Assembly (NCBI GenBank): GCA_029778565.1
Contig: JAKOQC010000510.1
Span: 18,838-82,837 of the forward strand
Reading direction: 5' to 3'
Length of the DNA: 64,000 nucleotides
DNA from: a bacterium
GTDB lineage: Bacteria; Patescibacteriota; Saccharimonadia; CAILAD01; BJGX01
Within the stretch, counting starts at the first letter, position 1. Each line of letters starts with the position of its first letter. The notes under the pieces were generated by a model. That model saw only the letters and a list, made by a program, of their open reading frames with translations. It made no database searches and had not been told where the DNA came from. Positions 57,938 to 64,000 of the stretch are shown piece by piece. The position numbers and the translations under genes were made by a program.

Positions 57938-58636
57938 TCAACCACCCGAGGGTCGATTCCAAGCGCGGAACTGCGTAGCGCACTCAGCGAGCATTCTGTC
58001 ATCGATCACCAAGGGATAGATATGCACGGGAGCACCGATCTTGGTGACATGTGTCGGGATCACCTCTGTCGTAGCAAGGGACAGGCCTGGGTACTCGGCC
58101 AGGACCGTCCGGTTGGTGGCGGTGATCACCTCAGCACCAAGGAGGAGGTTGCTGTGTGGCGAGTGCCAGGAAGTCACCCGAGCGAGACGATCGAGCGCGC
58201 CACCCAGGTGATCTTCTCGTCCTTCCCGGAGAAGCCTGCGCGTAGGGCCGTAGGTGAAGCCGGCTCTGATACCCATGAAGTGCTGGGGGCCTGGGCTCCG
58301 GGACGACAGGAGCGCGGCGACGGCTCTGATGAGGAGCACGGGCTCGAGCAGGTCACGGAAGTTCCGGGCATGCAGTATCGCCCCGTCTCCCATCTCCTTC
58401 ATCACGACCGACGATGCGTATGGTTTGACGACGTTGTCGATCACGGTGAGGAGGAGTTCGGTGTGATAATAGGCTGCTGATTCTCCCTGCGCGGCTCGGT
58501 AGGCGGAACTGGCAGCGAGGTCTACCATGGCCCAGTAGTCCTCGATCTCCTCCGCTCCGGCATACTGGTCGCGAAGGGCGTCAACTCGTGCGAGGGTATC
58601 GGCGCACAGCGAGGCGGCTATCTGGGCGAAGCTCAA
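57938..58636 (-). CDS. Class III (adenylate/guanylate) nucleotide cyclase domain protein
   Basis: MVDLAASS (Asp 1), KEMGDG (Lys, Asp 2), IRAGFTYG, DHLGGALDRLAR. Confidence 0.8.
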   Translation of the reverse strand: MSFAQIAASLCADTLARVDALRDQYAGAEEIEDYWAMVDLAASSAYRAAQGESAAYYHTELLLTVIDNVVKPYASSVVMKEMGDGAILHARNFRDLLEPVLLIRAVAALLSSRSPGPQHFMGIRAGFTYGPTRRLLREGREDHLGGALDRLARVTSWHSPHSNLLLGAEVITATNRTVLAEYPGLSLATTEVIPTHVTKIGAPVHIYPLVIDDRMLAECATQFRAWNRPSGG

Positions 58637-58650
58637 GGCGAGGTCCTCTG

Positions 58651-60102
58651 CTAGAGGGCTTCAAGACCGGCGAACTCTAGTACTTCACGATCGGAGAGCG
58701 ATGCGAGAAGGTCGACGGAGAGCTGGATCCTGTGGAGTGGCTTGTCGAGTAGCGCCTTCACCGCTTCGGTTTCAGGTTCCGACCATCGCAGGGTCCGCTG
58801 TTTCTGGTCGATGAGATATTCACCGGCACCGGTGCTGGGCTCAAAGATCATGTCCAAACAGGTGGTGGCAATCACATCAAGCATCGTGTTGCGATGCTCA
58901 AGACGCCGATTGTGCGTGAAGACTGCATCCTCTAGGAACTCGACCAGGGCGTCCAGCATGCGCGTCGCTTCTGACGACAGCGCGATGGTCAGCTCGCCCG
59001 AAGGGTCCGAGATCGCCGTGAAGCCCGCCTGGAGACGCTCGCGTGATGAGTCGACCAGGTCCAAGATGAAGTAGGTGTAAAGCAGACCCGGGTCCCGGTC
59101 GGCTACGGCCAGCCGAAGCTGTGGTGGCGCATCGATCGACGTCAGTCGCTTTGACAGTTCACCGTACACAGCGTCCCCGAGGCCGGCATCGAGTGCGGCT
59201 CGGTTGGCATCGTTGATGTTCTCGATCACCCAAGAAATGTCGTCGGCGAACCGCACCAACGACGCCTCGTGAGTTGCATGCGTTTCGTTCAACCCCGGAG
59301 CGTTCTTATCAGGGAACAGAGGTGACTTGTGTTCGAAGGCCTGGGTGCCGGCGCTGCGGGAATGTCGCCAGACTCCATACATGGTCTGGGGGAGAAACGC
59401 TTTGCCCAAGGCCTGCCGTCGGAACGGGTCTGTACACAACAGGAGGTAGCTCTCCTTCCCGCTCGCGTACGGAGTCTCCTGGGTGTCGCCCGCGGCCCAC
59501 GGCAAGTACCTGGAGAGCTCCTTGACGACGGAAACGTCGATCCCCGCCAGCCACCCCGGTAGGGGCAGCTCGTCACGGTTCCCGTAGAAGAGACGGAGAT
59601 CAGCGGGCGACTCGCTGGCGGCCTGTCGCTGTCCGGCGGGAACCCGATTGTCCTCGTCCTTTAGCTTCTGCTGCAACCAGGTGTTGATGACCTTCTTCGA
59701 ACGATGGATGAAGGAGGCCGAACCCACCTTGCTCCCCAACGCTATTGCGCTCGTTAAGTCCGAGTTCAGACCGAGTGCTCGGCCACAAGAATCGGCGATC
59801 TGAGCGGCCCGAACAACTTGAGTGGTGTAGTTCCGGACCGTCTTGCCGCGCCGGTGATACAGCACGTGGTACTTGTCGCTAAGGCGACGGTACTCGTCTG
59901 AGAAGAGAATCCGATCGCGCTCAATACTAAGAGGCGTCCGGTTCTTCAGGCGTGAACCGGTGTCAAGCTGGCCCCACTGGGTCTCGTAGTATCGCCATAC
60001 CTCGGTGCCATCAACAAAGAAATCGGTTCCGTCCGACCGGAACGCCCACGGCTCGAGATGCTTCTCGATCTGCGCGACGTGCGCTCGGTAATCCTCGACC
60101 AT
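58651..60102 (-). CDS. dGTP triphosphohydrolase-like protein with degenerate HD motif
   Basis: RTP..ERDRILFSDEYRRLSDK, ALGLNSDL..IALG, EASLVRFADDISW; HD region reads SKVGSASFIH. Confidence 0.82.
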   Translation of the reverse strand: MVEDYRAHVAQIEKHLEPWAFRSDGTDFFVDGTEVWRYYETQWGQLDTGSRLKNRTPLSIERDRILFSDEYRRLSDKYHVLYHRRGKTVRNYTTQVVRAAQIADSCGRALGLNSDLTSAIALGSKVGSASFIHRSKKVINTWLQQKLKDEDNRVPAGQRQAASESPADLRLFYGNRDELPLPGWLAGIDVSVVKELSRYLPWAAGDTQETPYASGKESYLLLCTDPFRRQALGKAFLPQTMYGVWRHSRSAGTQAFEHKSPLFPDKNAPGLNETHATHEASLVRFADDISWVIENINDANRAALDAGLGDAVYGELSKRLTSIDAPPQLRLAVADRDPGLLYTYFILDLVDSSRERLQAGFTAISDPSGELTIALSSEATRMLDALVEFLEDAVFTHNRRLEHRNTMLDVIATTCLDMIFEPSTGAGEYLIDQKQRTLRWSEPETEAVKALLDKPLHRIQLSVDLLASLSDREVLEFAGLEAL

Positions 60103-60269
60103 ACCGTCTCCTCTGCAGTGAGGGCTGGCGGGTCAACGATAGCTCCCTCTCGCCGATCGTTGGTCAGTGGCTTGATGGACGGGTGATCACCGGCATGACC
60201 CAACACTAGCCCACCTTGGTATTTCAGCGACGGACCACTAGACGGGACACCCCTTCTTACAACGGAGCC

Positions 60270-60626
60270 TCACGCACACCGGGTCGCACCGGATGAGGTC
60301 CAGCCCGTTGCGGTCCGTTCAGCGGATGTTCGGGCACTGATCCGACCATCGCTGTCCCGCTGGATCCACGTAACTGAATCGTCACTTCTTGTCTCCTCAT
60401 GCCAGCTTTCCGAGGCGGTGTTCGTTGCTCGTGCAGCGACCTGAAGCGCTTGCTCAGGTGCGGTCAGCGTGGGCTCGGTTTCGATCGCAACCCCTTCGAC
60501 TCGGTCCGTGGGACAAGAAAGGCCAGAGACATCGTACCGCCGCGAACACCCGACAGAAACGAGAGCCACTGCACACACTGCAATCAGTAGTCTGGCACGC
60601 TGACCACGGAGGGCGCCGCTGTGTCG
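60270..60626 (-). CDS. Putative lipoprotein (start uncertain)
   Basis: LLIAVCAVALVSVGC lipobox-like segment in the C-terminal half of the 237-aa track ORF. Confidence 0.45.
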   Translation of the reverse strand, partial: RHSGALRGQRARLLIAVCAVALVSVGCSRRYDVSGLSCPTDRVEGVAIETEPTLTAPEQALQVAARATNTASESWHEETRSDDSVTWIQRDSDGRISARTSAERTATGWTSSGATRCA

Positions 60627-60627
60627 C

Positions 60628-61215
60628 TCAGATCCTCCCCGCCGTGCGAGCGCGTCGAATCTGCGGAGCGACGAGTCGGTGCCAGGAATCCGCATAAATC
60701 GCCAAGTAGAGACGGTCCTCATATCCATTTGCAGTCCTAGCGTCATTAGACAATACCGCTTCGACTTCTGCGTATCGGCGGACAACGGCGAACTGAGATA
60801 GCGTTGTTGTTGTAACATCGCAGTACAGTTTCCGAATTGGGTACTCGGCGAATAGCCAGTCAACGAAGAGTACAACTGCGCGCATTCCTGTTCCGATAGG
60901 CGCTCGCGCAGAGGGGTCAGTGCTAACCGCCAACCATGCCGTACCATTACGTAGGTCGGCGTTGTATGCAGCCACCGTTCCAACGATATGGTCGTCGGGT
61001 GGTCTCACGATGCCGAACTGAACCAGTACGCCCGTCCACAACTGTTGGAGATAGGTCTGCGAGTCAGGGGTTGACCCGCGATACCGCCAGCTCAGACCTA
61101 GGCCGCTGGGGTTTAGTTCTAGGCGCCGCAGCCATTCGATATCGGTTGGTTCCAATGAGCGAAGACGGACTCGAGAACCGGTGAGGCGATCATGAGGAGC
61201 GCGCTGCTGTGACAC
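60628..61215 (-). CDS. GNAT (RimJ/RimL-like) acetyltransferase
   Basis: RVRLRSLEPTD, YNADLRNGTA, YPIRKLY. Confidence 0.8.
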   Translation of the reverse strand: MSQQRAPHDRLTGSRVRLRSLEPTDIEWLRRLELNPSGLGLSWRYRGSTPDSQTYLQQLWTGVLVQFGIVRPPDDHIVGTVAAYNADLRNGTAWLAVSTDPSARAPIGTGMRAVVLFVDWLFAEYPIRKLYCDVTTTTLSQFAVVRRYAEVEAVLSNDARTANGYEDRLYLAIYADSWHRLVAPQIRRARTAGRI

Positions 61216-61220
61216 GAGAA

Positions 61221-61709
61221 CTACGTTGGCCGATAGACGGCGAGGATCACGCGGTCGAAGTACTTCCCGTCAGCTCGCACGTCGTCTCGGAGCCTGCCCT
61301 CTTCAACAACGCGAGCATCACCGGCTAGCGCGTTGCCGACGAACTCAGGAAAGGTGTAGTAGAGCTTGCGCAGCGGCAACTGGCGGAAGGCATGTTCGAC
61401 CATCTCCAATGCTGCCGAATTCACGACGGCTGGTTCGCCGATACCTAGATCGAGGACATCAAGATGAGCCACGAGGTCGGTGACCGACACGGAATGAATC
61501 GCCAGGAGGGCAATTGGAATCGTCCGGTCCCTCTCCCGAACCTCGGCCAGGTACTGGATCGAAACGTCTGCCCACAGCGCTTCGCGGAAGGCGGCTGGTG
61601 ATGTGGCGAACTTGCCCACTCGGTACCACTTGGAGCCGAATTCGACAGCGATGCGATAGAGCGCTGTGTAGTCCCCTTCGTCGAGTGGCCGAAGAGCGAA
61701 GACCGTCAA
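61221..61709 (-). CDS. GNAT-like protein
   Basis: LRPLDEGD, AFRQLPLRKLY, EEGRLRD..GKYFD. Confidence 0.75.
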   Translation of the reverse strand: MTVFALRPLDEGDYTALYRIAVEFGSKWYRVGKFATSPAAFREALWADVSIQYLAEVRERDRTIPIALLAIHSVSVTDLVAHLDVLDLGIGEPAVVNSAALEMVEHAFRQLPLRKLYYTFPEFVGNALAGDARVVEEGRLRDDVRADGKYFDRVILAVYRPT

Positions 61710-62434
61710 CGGCTTGTTGCCACCGTCGTGGGCGGTGTGCTCTCGTGGGAATCCTCGTGGCTCGGCGGGGGAGCCGTTTGTGTTGAACGACTCTCGAACT
61801 CCTGAAGCACAGCGCTGAGCGACTTTCCGTTTCGGCCACGCAGTATCACTGAATCGTCCACCAAGGGGAGACCCTTGGCTGTCAGCGACCCCGTTTGGTC
61901 CTGAATCGGCTTGTCGGCATAGCCGCCAAAGGCGATGATACCGTTGGGGCCGCCGACGGGGATGAAGCGCTCGCCAGCGCCGTCGACGTCGTGCAAACCG
62001 AGAATGTAGACCTGGTCAACCCACGGCGGCACGTCATCAGTGTGTACGACGTTTGCGACGCCTGTGTAGTTCCGCCAGGTTCGTCCGACGCGGATTTGCG
62101 ACCCGGCCTTGACCTTTTCGCTGAATGAACGAACGACTTCAAAGTCCTGTTCATAGTGCTCCACGAGCGGCGCCCGAGGATCCGCAGACAGACGCTTCTC
62201 AGGCTTGCCGATCAAGCGTTCAGCGCCCTTGCGCCGAACTAGGACCACGTCGGAAACTCGGAGCAAGTCTGCTGGCGAGGATGCTACGACTGGATAGGCA
62301 GCATGCACCTCTACGTTGGGCAACGTGGTGCCAGAACTACTCGCCTCTGGCCCTGACTGCGAACAGCTGATGGCTCCTAGGCCTAGAACGGTCGCCAGAG
62401 CAGGAGCAGTGAGAATGCGCGCTTTGTTCATCAT
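61706..62434 (-). CDS. Putative lipoprotein
   Basis: LGLGAISC lipobox; ATG overlaps the protease stop. Confidence 0.65.
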   Translation of the reverse strand: MMNKARILTAPALATVLGLGAISCSQSGPEASSSGTTLPNVEVHAAYPVVASSPADLLRVSDVVLVRRKGAERLIGKPEKRLSADPRAPLVEHYEQDFEVVRSFSEKVKAGSQIRVGRTWRNYTGVANVVHTDDVPPWVDQVYILGLHDVDGAGERFIPVGGPNGIIAFGGYADKPIQDQTGSLTAKGLPLVDDSVILRGRNGKSLSAVLQEFESRSTQTAPPPSHEDSHESTPPTTVATSR

Positions 62435-63051
62435 CAGTACACCCAATCGATATCCGATGAGTCATGCGACTGAGGAACGTTGATTCCCTTAGTATCCCAG
62501 CGGCAGCTGTCAGACTGCTGGAATAGAGACCATAGTGAGCAACCATCATTCACTTCTGTGTTCCACGCCTTGCCATCGGCAGTTCGGGCGTTTCCACCGA
62601 TGGCGTGCATGAGTTCATGGGCTGAGGTGGACTGCTTCTTGGCCGTCGAGTAGCCACTCATTTTGTAGTGATTGAACTCAATGCGAGCATCTGTCAGGTG
62701 GCAGTTGCCGTCCCAGAAAAAGGCGGTGATGGCACTGGCACCCATGTTTTGGTCGTTGACCCAGTAGGCGGCGATCCTGGCGGATGAACCTGCCTCCCAT
62801 GGAGGGGTGCCCGTCCGACCGAAGGAGAACACCGTACGCCCATCGAACGAGTTCTCAGCGTTCAGAAGCGCAGTCGGGTAGTCGTAAGGCATGTTGTTCT
62901 GCCAGTAATCGACCTGATTACCGGGCCACCGCATGTAGACTCCACCGCAGTAATCAAAGTGCGCGTTTGCCGGTGATGCGGGCCATACCAGCGCACTACC
63001 GCCGACTACTGCAACCGCAGAGGCGGCTCGGCAGATGGTCCGTCCCTTCAT
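62434..63051 (-). CDS. Secreted zinc metalloprotease (matrixin/M57-like)
   Basis: Signal peptide ending PANA; HELMHAIG zincin motif; AGGAAGGG SD. Confidence 0.75.
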   Translation of the reverse strand: MKGRTICRAASAVAVVGGSALVWPASPANAHFDYCGGVYMRWPGNQVDYWQNNMPYDYPTALLNAENSFDGRTVFSFGRTGTPPWEAGSSARIAAYWVNDQNMGASAITAFFWDGNCHLTDARIEFNHYKMSGYSTAKKQSTSAHELMHAIGGNARTADGKAWNTEVNDGCSLWSLFQQSDSCRWDTKGINVPQSHDSSDIDWVY

Positions 63052-63808
63052 CTAGCCCCTTCCTGCTTCGTACTCGCGGGGCCGACTCAGGGCACATCTG
63101 AACCAGCAATCTAAGCCCGCGCTCGTCCGCATACTGCACTCGTCCGAATGTCGGTGCAGCCGGACTCTGACCAGTTCCGCGGAGAGTAAACGGGCACAAG
63201 ACCCAAGTCAAGGGACTGGCAGCGAGCCTGGGACTGATCGCGTGAAAGGCGGTACTCCATACGCGGGCCAAGCTTGCGAGGGCTCGTGGCAGGAGGCGTT
63301 AACTTAACAACACTGTTGTTCAGTGGCAGGTCACCCGTCCCGTCGGCCGTTCCGTCGCTGCACGGCTCGAGGGTGGGATCTCCCTGGTCAGCGGGTGGAA
63401 CCATGACCGTTTCGCCAACGACTCTCTACGTTCTTCGGCCGTCTCGTCGGGAACGTCACGCTGGTGCGGCACCCGGTAACCGGGATCCTGCGGTCGGGCT
63501 CGTAACTGAACGGCACCTGCTTGGCAATGGACCTGGTCGGGGCCTGGTTCCGGGGCGTATTCGCGACCGACTCTTTGGGGCAATTCAGCGCGGTGTCGTT
63601 GCTGATGCCCCTCGGCCGGCCGGCGGGTTGCGGAGGGTTCGTCGGCGAGGCGGTAGGCCTGACCGGCGCCCGGGCGGCGCACAGTGACGCTCACCGGATG
63701 CTCAGTGCCCTTGACGGCAGCGAGAGGATGTGCGAAGTCGTAGATAGGAGGTCGTTGCACCATCAGTGTAAATATATCCTCTGACCTGCACATTCCCCCG
63801 AAACCCCG

Positions 63809-63838
63809 TTGACAACCGTCGTCGGAAAACGCGAGAAT
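63809..63838 (+). promoter_or_regulatory. Candidate promoter for the recombinase
   Basis: TTGACA-N18-GAGAAT. Confidence 0.45.
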
Positions 63839-63885
63839 GACGCGACCTGTATTGAAAGACTACTAACTAACCGGAAGGAGCTACG

Positions 63886-64000
63886 ACGAGCACCACTGCC
63901 ACCAGCACCAGGACCGACAACACCAGCTCACCCGCCAAGCGGGCGCTGGTGTACCTGCGGGTCTCCACGGCCCGCCAAGCCCACCGGGACGGTGAGGCCG
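63886..64000 (+). CDS. Serine recombinase, N-terminus only (truncated by window)
   Basis: KRALVYLRVSTARQ catalytic motif; AAGGAG SD; apparent ACG start. Confidence 0.8.

Larger units (their letters stand above)
57261..64000. mobile_element. High-GC actinobacterial-like island, or chimeric join; right end outside the window
   Basis: Abrupt rise in GC right after a second TGGCGG; serine recombinase start at the right edge. Confidence 0.6.

Noticed and set aside
57929-58480. 183-aa plus-strand ORF
   Set aside because: Antisense shadow of the cyclase gene, which has recognisable motifs.
58651-60102. Ordinary housekeeping dgt or standard dGTPase defence gene
   Set aside because: The metal-binding His and HD residues are absent.
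60628-60983. N-terminal half of the 237-aa ORF 60270-60983
   Set aside because: Overlaps the GNAT gene in another frame; only the lipoprotein-like C-terminal part is plausible.
63100-63800. Several overlapping ORFs, considered as a relaxase fragment
   Set aside because: No recognisable motif in any frame; typical spurious ORFs of high-GC DNA.
1-64000. CRISPR array, cas genes, rRNA or IS transposase
   Set aside because: No regularly spaced repeats, Cas/transposase motifs or rRNA-like sequence seen.

Overview
Positions 1-~57,260 look like a compact, AT-rich (roughly 40% GC by eye) Patescibacteria/CPR chromosome segment, probably Saccharibacteria-like; the taxonomy is inferred from gene content, gene density and leaderless starts. 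It carries housekeeping genes (polA, dnaG-rpoD, murE-like, pyrH, dus, rarA, a DEAD-box helicase, pepF), a type IV pilus cluster with two duplicated major pilins, an Msr/flavoprotein redox cluster and a hydroxylase/FAD-oxidoreductase/cfa lipid-modification operon. At ~57,095-57,260 there is a tRNA-Ser 3' remnant decorated with three TAAA-loop hairpins. After it the DNA switches abruptly to high-GC, actinobacterial-like sequence (an island or an assembly chimera). That part encodes a dGTPase-like protein lacking its HD metal ligands next to a class III nucleotide cyclase (the best candidate for an undescribed signalling/defence system), tandem GNATs, a metalloprotease-lipoprotein pair and the start of a serine recombinase. 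Other notable points: two stand-alone RNAP alpha-CTD proteins, an extra sigma70 lacking the Trp dyad, two contrasting gene-expression architectures (leaderless versus -35/-10/SD), and single in-frame stops in pyrH and msrA. All family assignments are from motif recognition, not database searches.
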